This document shows positions 1 through 12,171 of a stretch of 64,000 nucleotides of DNA, one piece after another (positions within the stretch are counted from its first letter, which is position 1; each line of letters starts with the position of its first letter). The notes under the pieces are model-generated. The model was not told the origin of the DNA and searched no databases. It saw only the letters and a list, made by a program, of their open reading frames with translations. A program made the position numbers and the translations under genes. The stretch comes from Marsupella aquatica. Lineage: Eukaryota > Plantae > Marchantiophyta. The stretch covers positions 1,845,559-1,909,558 of the forward strand of contig OZ316895.1 in assembly GCA_973895155.1 (NCBI GenBank), written 5' to 3'.

Positions 1-534
1 TCACTACCTAGAGTCTAGACCCTAACCCTTAATACACACAAAATTGATCATGAGTCTCAATTTAAAAAAACATTTAATGAGAATAGGCAAAAATGACATT
101 GATTTCAAATAAAGACAAAACTGAAATGAGAGTGGACAAAATACAAAGATGGGGCAAAGATTAACTCAAACAGCATAGAAATTTTATTATGCAAGATTGT
201 TTTTCTTCATATCTATTTACCAGCAAGGAACTGGTAATTGGGCTAGTGAAAAAGTGAGTGGATGGGATTATGTTCTGAGTGGACCAGAGCTGTTAGTACC
301 AGGCCTGGGCTATTTCCCTTTTTATGTTGTCTCCCCTTGATTGGGCCATTGGCCTTTGGGATCATGTCTCCTGGCCTGGTTACAAGCCTTTTGTTTTTGG
401 CAATTTGATATGAGTGACTCAATTTATGGTATTCATGGGTGTCTGTGAGGAATTAATGCAAGGCCATGCATCTATTAGAGAAGATTTTCACATCCAATGC
501 AAGTACTTAGAGCACCCCACTGGTGGCCTCTATA

Positions 535-875
535 TATTGAGCAAAGATGACATAGACAACGACAAGTCTATGAACATCCAACACACAAGTAGTCGACATG
601 AAGAAATATGTGGTTCATCTTAGCTGAGGCTATGTCCACAGGAACACGCCAGAGCTTTACTCCACTCTAGGCGTCGGCCATACCGAGTCTCTACAATACA
701 AGATCTCTCTATCTCTCAACTGGTTCCATAACAATGAGTCTGAGTTTCTCTTATCCAAGCAAACACCACTTGGGATATAGTCTGCAACCTAGTTAACCTA
801 ACCTAGTCTACGACTAATGTTAGACCTAACTAAAGTTACTGTCATAACCCTACACCTAAGAGTAAATGTCTGACA
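535..875 (-). mobile_element. Solo LTR of the local Ty1/copia family (diverged)
   Basis: Alignable by eye over its length to the LTRs at 21731-22075 and 28075-28419. Starts TATTGAGCA (for TGT..), ends ..TGACA, flanked by a near target-site duplication CTATA/ATATA. Confidence 0.75.
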
Positions 876-1186
876 ATATACGTATATAGTAATGTCTTGT
901 CGGGCTATGATGAGCCAAACAATAGGGGGCTTCAGCTCAAGTTTGAGGGACTATTAGTGTTTGTAAGTCACTAGTAACATGGAGTTAGTACACTAACTCA
1001 CGAGATTTTTACTTTTACTACTCTTAGTAAGAGTAAACAAGAGGTTTCACAACTTCCAACTGTCCAAACGTGAGCTAGCATTCCCTGCAATCCACTGAAC
1101 CCTAAACAAATTAATATGGTTGCATTAAACCTGAACTTAGTTTGGAATTCACAAATAAATCATGGTTTGAGTTGTGAACTTACCAG

Positions 1187-2015
1187 CATCCAGGTAAATT
1201 ATCTTTCTGTTGTGGTCGCAAACGACTTGTGCATTGATGTTGTGTGAGACTTCCTGTCATAATAACACTCACCGTGATCCTTAGGACGCTGCGTCAGTGG
1301 CATTCTGGTACCATCAATCAAACACACACCCTTGAAATCCTTTCTTAGCAAATTCTGTAGAAATGCTCATTCGTTCCTCCCTTCCAGGCCAACTAATGAT
1401 ATCACCAAGGGTGGATTCAAGTGCAGTAATGACCCTGCTGGTATAGTTAACACAGGAGCCATTGCTAATGCCCCACATCAACAAAGTTCGTTTGAGGCAC
1501 ACTCCATTCCCATTATGGCCTAACCTGTCTAAACAGGTGGCCAATTGCAAACATACAGGAGCTTGCTCATGGAAAGAGTTGTTAGAAAACACAGGATGCA
1601 TTTCAATCAATCCATGTAGATTCCAAAAGGCATCCCTGTCCATCCGAAGCATCTGCCTAAACAAGTCAGGAGGACAAAGGTATCTGAAAAAATCTGCTTG
1701 AAATTCCTTGGACTGCACTCGCTTGCTACGCTTACTTAAATATCTTTCAATGTCTAGAAGGGCATTTAATTCCAGCCATTCTGTTGGAGTGGAATCCACA
1801 TCAAGTGGATCGGTCAAAGCTCCTCTCTCAGAATCATTGGAAGAGTCCAACTCCAAATTGGTATCCTTTGTTAAGAATCCACTACTTATAGAAGACATGT
1901 TATCATCAGAAACTGACATGCCATCACTGTCACTATCCGATTGCACTAGAATACTCAAATGGAGTTGTTGTTTGACCCAATTCAAACAATTTTGCCGATT
2001 GGAAACTTTTGGCAT
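1187..2015 (-). pseudogene. PIF/Harbinger (DDE_Tnp_4, HARBI1-like) transposase, frameshifted and truncated
   Basis: ORF 1314-2015 has FRQMLRMDRDAF..HPVF..QLATCLDRLG..GISNGSC..SWP..GFQGCV. After a frameshift it continues LIDGTRMPL..YYDRK and NINAQVVCDHNRKIIYLDAG, giving the first catalytic Asp in IDGT. A GT donor follows near 1186. Confidence 0.88.
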
Positions 2016-2199
2016 TGTGGACTCAAAGCACCGAATTCAGCTGAGTTTGAATAGAGGCTGCTGCTCCTGCTCCAGCTGCTTCGTCTGCTCCTGCTCCTAC
2101 TCCAGCTGCTTGATCAGTGCTTGTTAGTAGATAGGAACTTACTTGAAATCACCCTTCACTGCTAGGAAACTAATCTCTCCTTCGTAAAATCCAGGAGGC

Positions 2200-3350
2200 T
2201 GAGAGGTAGGCACATCCACTGAGAGCCAAAGCCCAAGCGTCTCCCTGTGACACAACAAAGAATTCTAAAGTAAATCTAGCCAGGCCACATAAATTCATAG
2301 CACGACAGGGCATTGACTGGGAGTCGCGGGAGTCGATAAAGTGCTTTTTCTCTCAGAGAATAAAGAGAAAGTCCCCGGCCTGAATTTCTTGCGATTGTCA
2401 AAAATCCAAAGGACTACTAGAGTCTCTGACTACCAGAGTCTCTATTGAACGGGAGCGAACTCTGGCATCATAAGTTACTCGGCTTTCGATTGCTTGGCGC
2501 CACGCAGTGTTCAGTGAGCATTTTGTAAGAATGCTGGCCAATTTCGTCTTCAAACGAGATCGAGAGTCTTGTAGGAACAAAGAAGAGCATAATATGGCAG
2601 AAGATATGTCCAGGCACAAAATTTCCTAGCCCAGGCACGTTGACATGAAAGCGAAAGTGACTATAAGCTTGGATACGTTACTGGTCTCTTTTGAAAGGGC
2701 CTCGACTTCTTCTGTTGCTCGATTGAATGCTATCGCGAATTGACAGGAATAGATTAATTCTAAGAAGTCTTCATCGAGAACTCATCAAGAAATGGATTTG
2801 TTAGATTGCAAGCTGAAACTGCAGCGAGTACGTAGGTTCGTCTTCAGCTTTTCTAGAGTGACAGTTTCCCAGGTTCTCCAGTTGAATCCGGTGAACATGC
2901 ACTCAAAGGTCTTACAGTTTGCATGGCCTTCAAAATCTTTCACAACTGGATTGATTAGACTATTCTGTCTGTCCAAGAATCAATGCTTCGTAAACCTGTA
3001 AACTATCTACTTTTCATTTTAAACAGTGTAGGAATCTCAGTGCATCACACTCTTTAGATCACTTAAGAGACGAACCTCACCCATGAACTAGAAGTTTTCT
3101 GTGCAGTTCATAACCGTCAAACTCCTGATGGATTTGAGCGCCCGGTGTGCACCAACGGCCGAATTGAAGGAACGTGTCTTCAGAACTAGCGCCAATTCGA
3201 ATTGGCAGGCACCAATGCCTGCAATCATATTCACTGCGATTGTTTTATAAAGACCAGAGTAAGCAATATTTGAAAGTTGTGAGGTATCATCAAAGACCGA
3301 GCACAAAGTCTTGCTGAGCAAATCATTCCAAAATGAGTACCTATCTTCCA
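2200..3350 (-). pseudogene. Decayed intronless ORF of unknown family (about 380 codons)
   Basis: Track ORFs 3088-3384, 2785-2976 and 2398-2619 are all in one frame. The joined reading is protein-like but is broken by about 10 stops. No motif recognised. Confidence 0.4.
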
Positions 3351-3507
3351 TCTTATGTGGCTGCAACTCACTCATGCCCACCATGTCAACTCGAGTTCAC
3401 TCTTGGCTGGCAATCATAGCCTACTGCAACTATTTCTTGTTCCATGAGTGATCCATGAGCGACGTTCAACAAAAGCAGCGTTTGGCATTCGATGGAGCAG
3501 CTTGCAC

Positions 3508-3696
3508 ACACGGTGTGCTCGAGGTTGCCCTAGGACCATCAGGCTCGGGAGAGGAGAGGCAAGAGTGGGGAGGGAGGATGGGCAGGTCGCGACCGGGAGC
3601 CACACGGTGTGCTCAAGGTTGCCCTAGGACCATCGGGCCCAGGAGGGGAGAGGCAGGAGCCAGGAGGGAGGATGGGCAGGTCGCGACCGGGTGCCA
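3508..3696. repeat. Tandem duplication, about 94 bp x2, GC-rich
   Basis: ACACGGTGTGCTC(G/A)AGGTTGCCCTAGGACCATC...GGATGGGCAGGTCGCGACCGGG occurs twice head to tail. Confidence 0.9.
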
Positions 3697-3852
3697 AACG
3701 GTCATGGGACAACGTTGGCTCCTGGGCCAGATGTATGACGACCAGGGTTTCAGACGCCCGCACCCTTTTGGCGGAAGTCCATTTTGGGTCAAAACTGGGC
3801 AGCCCGTATGGGCACGCGGGCGAATAATTCAGACCCCCTATTGGGTCCTCCA

Positions 3853-5148
3853 TGTTGAGCATAGACGACATTCGTAACAGCAAGCCCATGAATCATCCAA
3901 CGCACAATAGTCGACACAGAGAGATACGTGGTTCACCTCCACATGAGGCTACGTCCACGGGAACACACAAGAGCTTTACTGCACTCTAGGCCGACCGGCC
4001 ATACCAAACATCCACAGCACAAGCTCTCCCTATCTCTACGTGTGTATACACAATGAAAAAATTGACCCTTTAAACCCCCTTAAAACGCCAAAAAAATACT
4101 CCCCCGGGAAAAGTGAAGAAAAGACTCACCTAATTGCCGCCGTTTTAAGTGAGGAAAAAAACGCCGCCGACGGGAAATGTTTCCAAATTTCACCGGCATA
4201 GTCTGCAGCTCCAGCAGAGTAAACAATTTCTGCCGCGTCGCCTTCACTCCGCATCAAGTGCCAATCCTGGGCTCAAAACGACCGCCTCGCCGCGATCAAA
4301 CCGTTGAGCCGTAGCACTTCGCATTTCTTCCACCGAGTAGGATGTCACAAAGAGAAACCCGGTTCAGATGAGAACAAGCTCCATAGCTTGTGAAAAAACC
4401 TAAACGCGTCCTTCACTCGTCATGACGCACTCGGTAACAACTCGGCAACAATCCAGCTACCAAAACGACCAGCTCGCATAAACCTTCAACTTGAGCTATA
4501 ATGTGAAATCCCTCCCGCACTGCACAGTTCACACCATTGAAAAACGTGAACTCTGGTCTCTCCCCCGAAATACCGTCGAACATGAATAAACCCTGAACGA
4601 CGCGAACTTCAATTCCTCCGCACCACGGATACCGATCAACAAGTTCTAACCAACATTAGAATGCCCTCTCACTAACCTATCTGCATAGCCACACACATTC
4701 AAGTTTCATGCGATGAAACTCCAAATGTGCCACCGATAATGAACGCTGGAAAAAACCTGTCACAAAAAAACCTCGTCACCTCCCAGGCATGCTCTGATAC
4801 CACTTGTTGAGCATAGACGACATTCGTAACAGCAAGCCCATGAACCATCCAACGCACAATAGTCGACACAGAGAGATACGTGGTTCACCTCCACATGAGG
4901 CTACATCCACGGGAACACACAAGAGCTTTACTGCACTCTAGGCCGACCGGCCATACCATGCATCCACAACAAAAGCTCTCCCTATCTCTCAACTAGCTCC
5001 ATAAAAATGAGCCTAAGTTCCACCAGGGTCTGGCATCAGCCCTAGCTATATGCACAACAGCAGTACCGCTAACATTAGCTAAGTCCTAACCCGAGTTAGC
5101 CTAACTGTAGTTAGCTCATGAGTCACAAGACTAGAGCAATATCTAACA
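3853..5148 (-). mobile_element. Internally deleted Ty1/copia element (intact 5' LTR 4805-5148, PBS, part of leader, truncated 3' LTR 3853-~4037)
   Basis: TG...CA termini with perfect 5-bp TSD CTCCA (3848-3852 and 5149-5153). tRNA-iMet PBS (TGGTATCAGAGC on -) at 4791-4802. 4040-4800 is homologous to the leader at 27310-28074 of the full-length element. Confidence 0.92.
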
Positions 5149-5556
5149 CTCCAAGGAGGAGACCGCAAGGCAGCAGCCGGGGCGCCTGCCGGCAGCCGAT
5201 TGAGGAAACCGGGGGGGCTTATGGAGGTTTCCGAGAGAGAGAGGTACGAGGGGGAGTAAATGCTCCCTGACCCTAGGGGTAGGTACTGGGTACAGAAAGG
5301 GCACGAGGTGGCAGCCGTGGACCGGGGCACGAGTGAGGTACAGCCGGGAGGCATCAGTCCGAGGCGCAACATACTGAATAAAGGGGGACAGGTGGCGCCC
5401 GGAGGGCAGCCGCGAGCTAAGAAGGGCCGGCCTTAAGTTGTAAGGGAGGGGTTTTCTCCCCCTTCGTTTATTTTTCTGTTTTTTCTTCTTCTCGTCTTTC
5501 TCCGCCGCGCGCGACTCATTCCATTGCCAAAAGCAAACTTTGAGTTCTCACATCCC

Positions 5557-7650
5557 ATGGCCGAAAGCTCGTGAGTGTCTCCCCAACTTTCTCAAGTGCC
5601 CCCTTGGTGCTTGGCTTGGAGAGCTATGAAGTTGAATTGAGACCTCGTGATGGTAGCGCCGGCAGCATCATTGAGTGACTTCTGGGAGATTGAGGGGGGT
5701 TCTTGATCGTGATACGGGGGCCGTTTGGGCCAGGATTTGAATGTGGTGACGGGATTTTGTGATTGGGTATTTTTTTGGAGCATGGATGCTTGATCAGCTT
5801 GAGTTCAGCGCGACTCGCATTCGTAGATACAAGGCCGCTTACCGTGAGTACATTGCGACATTGATTGAGAGGGAAAGAGAAGAAAGAAAGGCAGCAATGA
5901 GCACTGGACCAGCAGCAAGCCCCGCACCAGACATGAGGAAAGTTTTCCGTCAAATTTATCCCAAGACCTCTGCCAAGGTGATGGAAGATTGCAAGGCCAT
6001 GTTCCAAGCCACCGGGCTCACCGACTTCATGAGAGTAGAGATTAGAATCCCTCCAGGGAAGAGTTGGGACCTGGAGGCTGGAATGGAAGTGCGCATGGAA
6101 GGGATTTATTTTACGTGTATTTAGCGGTTGGTGCCTCATGCCGAATTGGCTAAGCTTTTGTTTTTGGAGAACCAACAGTTCTCCTTCACCCCCCAAAATA
6201 TAATCGGGAATCTTACGTTGACAATGGTAGCCTATTGGGTGAACAATCCCACCTCCACCACGGCCATTCATCTCTCGGCCGTCAAGGATGCAACACACAA
6301 GGGATTTCTGGCCAAGGTTCATCAACAGGTCCTCGGTAATGTGCAATCTGGGGTAGTGAATGGGGAGCATTTCATAATTGCTTTGGATATTCGGAAATAT
6401 CCAGCCCATGCTTACGGATGGTGGTATTTTGGATTGACAAAGCTATTGGCCGCTGAGCCCAAGAGTCTAAAATGGGGGGAGCTTTGCATTTGATGGGGTC
6501 ATTTTTGTTGGCCAGGGCAGAAGGATTGATTGCCTCCCCGGGACCCGAAGAAGCTGGGTCATCCCTTACCATGGAAATCCGGAGCATTGTCACTACCATC
6601 TTGGGGAAACTCACAGAGTTGCAGTAGTGTCAGCAGGAACGGGAGACAGCCAAGTTGAGGAAGACATCCAGGATGAGGAGTACACGTTGGAGTGGCTGGA
6701 ATCTCTGGTGGGGAACCCAAAGGAGCCCCTTGCTTACGACATTCTAGAGGTCTACTTGGCGGAATTACGGGATTTTTGTGAAGGGGCCCATGAGGGGCTC
6801 AAGCTAGCCCACACATTGAGAGATGCGCTCAAGCAGGCCAACACAACGGTGGAAACATTGCAGCAGGGTGCCACGTCGACGAAGGAGGTGATCAAAGCAA
6901 AGGAGGAGGCCATACAAGAGAAGGCCAAGCTTCTCCAGGCGGCTCAAATAGAGATTTCTCACTTGAGGGGGGCCTTGTCTACCAAGGCCAAAGAAGCGGA
7001 GGAACTTGGAGTGCTGAGAGAAGAATTGGCCAAAGAGAAGCAGAACACGGGAGAAGTGGAGAGGTTAAGAGGCCAAATTGCAGAACTACGAAGTCAGGTG
7101 GGGATCTTTGAGACTAGGGCCAAAAGGAGTGATCGAGGCCTTGAGTTTGGGGAAGCGGAAGAGTCCCTGCCCACCTAGCTCCACGCTTTCCCCTAACCTG
7201 GTCTCCAAAGCCATTGAGATGGTGGTGAAGGAAGTAAGTGAGAAGTACGGTCCCCTACTGGAAGCAGCCAAGAAGAATCAAGAGAAGAATAGGAGCTTGG
7301 AGAAGAAGCTCAAGGAGGTACGTAAGTCGTTACGAGAGGCCTAGGTCAATACGGGAACCCCGGGGATGCCGCCCAGATCTGTGACACCAGGGACTCCCAT
7401 GGCCACCGGGCAGGTTTTACCGTTGGAGTTGCAATCCAGGGAGGAGGCTGCCTTGTGGAAGGATACCAATCGGTGAGGGCTATGTCAGGGCTTGGCAAGC
7501 CTTGGCGGCATTGAGGAAGCAAGGGAGCATTAGCGGGAGGAGTACACCTGTGAAGAAGAAGAGAAGCGGAGTAGTCTCCACTCCAATTGAGAGCAATGAA
7601 GAGGCCAACTCACCGGGCTCAAGCCAGGGCACCGTGAGTGAGGAGGAGGA
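5557..7650 (+). pseudogene. Degenerate TE-associated ORF with C-terminal coiled coil
   Basis: In-frame ORFs 5759-6124 and 6128-6493 are separated by one TAG. Frameshifted ORFs 6627-7178 and 7078-7344 are E/K/L/A-rich heptad sequence. No introns are visible and it lies within repeat-like DNA. Confidence 0.5.
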
Positions 7651-8572
7651 GGACTAGGGTAGCCGTACGGACTTGGTCGTACGACCTCTGGATTTTGAAA
7701 CTTATCGGAAGTGGGCACTCATGGGCTTGATGGAAATAGTTTGCAGAGCTCATTCCAATAAGAGGCAGCGCTCCTCAAACGGAGCCAGGATGAGTAAGTT
7801 AGGGTCCAACGAAGTTGGTAAGTACGTGAAACTAAAACGACCATAACTTGGTCATCCGACGTCCATTTTGGGAGCAGTTTGGCGATTCATGATCAAGAGA
7901 AGTAGGGCTACCCAGGGGTGAGCTCAGGGGTGAAATCAGAATGGCACCTAGTTTCGGCAATTGTGGGGTCTCTTGCATTTTTGCGGTTCACGGAGCGATG
8001 TTGGGGCGCTATTGAAGGCACTGTCGGTCCCATTGTTAGATTAGGGTTTTAGGAGCATGTGTGTGCTGCATGATTTAGGATTAGGGATTTCTTTCGTGAA
8101 GGGTTTTAGCGGCGCCGCTAGGGTAGCCGCCATCTTTGTGACCCCGTGAGGCGTGCTTTGGTGTGTTTGTTTTCAGTATTTAGGGGGAGAGCCCCGGAGT
8201 AGTGTGGGGGGGAACTCAGCGTAGTGCTTTGATGCTTTTGAGTAGCTTTTGTGAGTAGCGCACTGATTAGGGGAAGTCCAAGCCAGAGTATTGAGGTGGA
8301 GAACGTAGCACTTGTCCCCGGGAGGCAGGAGTTGGGCAGACGGCAGGAGGGCGGGTTGTCCTTGCATGTGTTACGGGAAACACCAAGAGATATAGATTTG
8401 GCTTGAGGTCCCAATATTTTGTGTGTCACTTGTTGTTGCTTGTGTTGTTTGTTTTCCTCCCCTAGTGCATGTGGTCGGTTTTGTCGTGGAAACATTTACA
8501 GGCCCTTGTCACTAGTGTTCAAATCTTATTGTAAATGTTTGTATGCTTGCCCATGAGAGGGGGGTGGTGACA
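7380..8572 (+). mobile_element. Probable Ty3/gypsy-type LTR (left boundary uncertain)
   Basis: Ends GGGGGGTGGTGACA at 8572 and may begin TGTGACACC at 7380, resembling chromovirus-type LTR termini. No PBS follows and no TSD was found. Confidence 0.35.
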
Positions 8573-8979
8573 GCACTCACCCGGTGGGCATGAGTTGTAG
8601 ATGGTAGGACCAGTCCCTTGGACTTGATCAAAAATGGAGAGACCAGTCGGTAGACTTGATCAAAAAGTACACTTCCGGGAGCGGAATCAAACATACTCAT
8701 CCTTAGGTGTGGAAATCCTCCCAATAGCGTCCCTCCACGACCCCGTAATACGATACCAATAGTTTAAGCGAAGAAAAGTACAGTTTGCACGTATTAATTG
8801 TTGGATAGGCAAGTGACAAAGAAACCTGAAAAGTATTATCTTAGTCTTCTCCAACATTCAGATTCAGTAGTACAGAAAATACTCACTTTATGAGGAATAT
8901 TCCATCTGAGTCACAAAAAATATTTATTTAAATGCAAACAAGAATATTCTAAGGTTTAATATGGGCCCCTCGGCATAGT

Positions 8980-9370
8980 TGTTAAACGACTGGCACAAAA
9001 AAACAAAAAAAAATAAGGAACAACACTAGAGAAATGAAAAGAAAAGAGGGAGGATACATAGTTCACCTCTCAGTCTCCAGACTCAGGCTGTGTTCATGGG
9101 AACACACAAGGGAACTTTACTAAACTCCGAGTCTGTTGACCATGACAAATCTCCAGAGACTAAGCTCTTATTATCTCATAGATGGCCCCTTAACAATGAA
9201 CCTGAGTAAGTTTCACAGTTTACTATCCACTAATTGAGTCTTTCTAGTGACTATAGTGGTGGCACATCAATCTAATCTTAACCAAGTAACTGTCTACAGT
9301 TAGACCTTGGTTAGGCTAACCACGGTTACACAATAACTCCAAACCCAAGTCAGAGTGAATGTCCATTCCA
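8980..9370 (-). mobile_element. Old diverged LTR related to the copia family
   Basis: GATACATAGTTCACCTC..AGGCTGTGTTCATGGGAACACACAAG..CTTTACT..AACAATGAACCTGAGT matches blocks of the 21731 LTR in the same order. Boundaries approximate. Confidence 0.55.
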
Positions 9371-9574
9371 ATGGGCTGGGCGAGTAGTACTTTGAATTCA
9401 CCACCATTCAAAATGTTTGGCTAACATGAGATGGAGGAACTACTATTAATAGTTTTTCGTGTTGCAATAATAAGAACTTAATCTGGAATGAAATCTCTCC
9501 CATGAAAGTCAATGGTCTGGAATGAAGATTGACATTTTCAGTTTATGTTTGAAAGATCAATGGAGGCTAATGTG

Positions 9575-9850
9575 TTTTGAGTATTGCTCTTAGTCTTGTG
9601 ACTCTAGAGCTAACCGCAATTAGGCTAACTCAGGTTAGGACTTAACTTCTAGGTTAGCAGTGATGCATGATGTATATAACCAGGGCTGATACCGGCCCCT
9701 GGTGGATCTTCAGTTCATTGTTGGAGTTGGGCAAGAGAAAAGTAAAGGTCTCTTGCTTTCTCGTGGACGTAGCCTCAGTCGAGAGTGAACCACGTACTGT
9801 GTCGCCTACTGTATGGTGTTCACATGTGCAGCCATGGTGTCTTGGGATAA
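9575..9850 (+). mobile_element. Diverged LTR in opposite orientation, 4805-type U3
   Basis: TATTGCTCTTAGTCTTGTGACTC..TAGGCTAACTCAGGTTAGGACTTA..AGGGCTGAT..CCCTGGTGGA and CGTGGACGTAGCCTCA..GTGAACCACGTA are reverse complements of blocks in the 4805-5148 LTR. Confidence 0.75.
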
Positions 9851-12171
9851 GGATTATCCCCAACAATCTGGACAGCCTCCATGATTGAAGGAAAAACCAG
9901 TCTGCCCTCATTTGATTTGACAAGTTAACAAAATTGCAACCTAGTTTGACATAATTCATGTGTACCTCAACTGTTTGGCATTTGATTCCACAAGCCAGTT
10001 CAAATGTTGTTATGGCGCTCATTGGTGCTTACCTGTACATGAGTTTAGGAGCAGAAGAGCTAGGGCTAAAGCCGCCTGTAGAGCATCTACAAAAAAGGAA
10101 TAGCAAAAGGTAACAGTATCGTACTGATGAGTCAAGGACCCGAAGACCTGCTGGACATAAGAACTCGGGTGGAAGCTCTAAATTGAAGGGTGACCCTACA
10201 TGACTCGATGCCACACACTACTCTTCACGGGGTGAACCTGTAAACCAAGTGCCATCAATTTGAGTGAAAGGGTGACTAGGGCAGAAGCAAATTGATCAGA
10301 TGTACATGGGGATGTCAAAAGTGAAGGGAAGATACACTAGGGGTGGGCAGTGGCCATGCATTGCCCATGAAGCGGTAAAATGGGCAAAGGCATAAAGAGG
10401 TTCATCCAAAAGGTCGCCTTGGCATGTACATTCTGCACAAGAAATAGTGGTGTACACTCTGGTGGAGGTGTGAGATTATACAAGAGGGGAGTCTCAAAAC
10501 CAAAGATTATACAAGAGGGGAGTCTCAAAGCCAAAAAAAACACTGGATATTAGATTAGAGATCAGGATGTGCTGCTCTCAATGCACCTAGAGTACAAGGT
10601 ACCAAATTAATGATTGGATATTGCAAAACAATACCGCAACAAATGTGAAAGATTCAAGATCATGGTAAAAAAACTCACCAACAGCAATGGGGGCAAACTC
10701 CCCATGAAGTGTTAGCTTTGGCTAAGGAACGAGATATGACCAAAATCTGAGAGGTTGACCAAAGGACTGAAGCTCAACCTTCCTGACCCCCACTGTTTTT
10801 AGAGGAATAGCATGGACTGGTGGTTTTGGTGGTCTATTTGGCCTGATTGACCTTGCTTGTTTGGGGTGACTTGGCGCCCCTAGGTCCTCTTTGGACTGGT
10901 GTTTTTGGTCTCTGCTTGCGTGGGCGGCTCTGCCCCCCACTTGATATCAAGCCTTTTCTAAGAAAGAAAAAAAGCAACCTCCCCTCCTACATTACACTCC
11001 CAAAAGGAAAAGATCCAAGGGTGCACCTTAATTCTACCTTAAAAAGCATAATCCTACAGCTTTTTGGGTTGTTGTGGGAGAGCCCCCTAAGGTTAGAGTC
11101 CGTACGTAGTATACAGGAGCCCTTCGCCAAAATATATGGGCCACTAGACCTACAGTATAGGCGTGACAATAACATCCAACCAATGAAGACCCATCTTATA
11201 CCTATTCATTCATCATTGGTCCGCAACTTGAGGCTATTAAATTTATAAAGTCTAGAAAGTACACAAGATATCAGAGTACGCCACCGCTGTGGGCGAGTCA
11301 CCGCAAGACATCATTCCTCGATCTCGTTCTCGGTAGTCAACTTCCATTATGGGCCATTACATACCAGTGTTGTCGCCGCGCATTATGGACTCGTGACTCG
11401 TTAGGCTCCACTACAATAACTGGGAGCCTTTTACTGGCTACAGTCCAGTGATCGGGAAAGTGCAGCCAGTGGTTCCTAATAGAAAGAACTTTATTGCGTT
11501 CGACGACCCTCGGATGATGTCGATTGAGGCTTTGCCGGAAATGCTTAAAATTTTAGGACGATGTGCCATAAATTTAACCAAATCAGTGAACATGACATGA
11601 CACAAACATCCTGCGACACACCTCTGTGGACAAGCGTGGAGTCATACCAGAACGAACGATACGTTTGGTGAAAGCCAGCACGAAGTAGTGAAACGTTACC
11701 GGTACCGTATAAGCTACGCATGTGACCGCCAGCATCGAACGCGAGCGGAGTGCCTCTCGAGTCCAGCTGTTGGGGCAGTTGAGCTACAGATATGTTTCTA
11801 CAGTGACTTCAGTCCCTTTAGGCACCCAACCTCTCTGCTCGCAGACCGAGCGCGTCTTGCAATAAATTGAAGAGCTGGCTTATTTGCGCTGGTGGCTCCT
11901 TGTTCATATGGAAAGACAACACAGAGAGTGTTCTGTGATTGGTCGAACCTAGCAATCACCTCTACTTAAAAGGTGAAGAAGGCGGGGACGGACACCAAAG
12001 TTTTATTATGGTCTGTTGTTGAATATAGAGGAGATCAAGCACGAAGGCAAGTAGGCAAGCAGTTAGGGAGGCAGCCAGGAGGCGGTATTTGCTAAGGAAC
12101 GGGAGGAACAGAAGCTGTGGGCGGGAGCAGAGAAAATTGAGCGGAGCATTAAAAGCAAATAGGACCAAATA

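Noticed and set aside
5624-6409. 261-aa minus-strand ORF
   Set aside because: Shadow of the plus-strand degenerate ORF; composition is not protein-like.
3370-8596. 13-bp inverted match ACTCATGCCCACC / GGTGGGCATGAGT bracketing the TE nest
   Set aside because: Too short and without a TSD; cannot be supported as a TIR.
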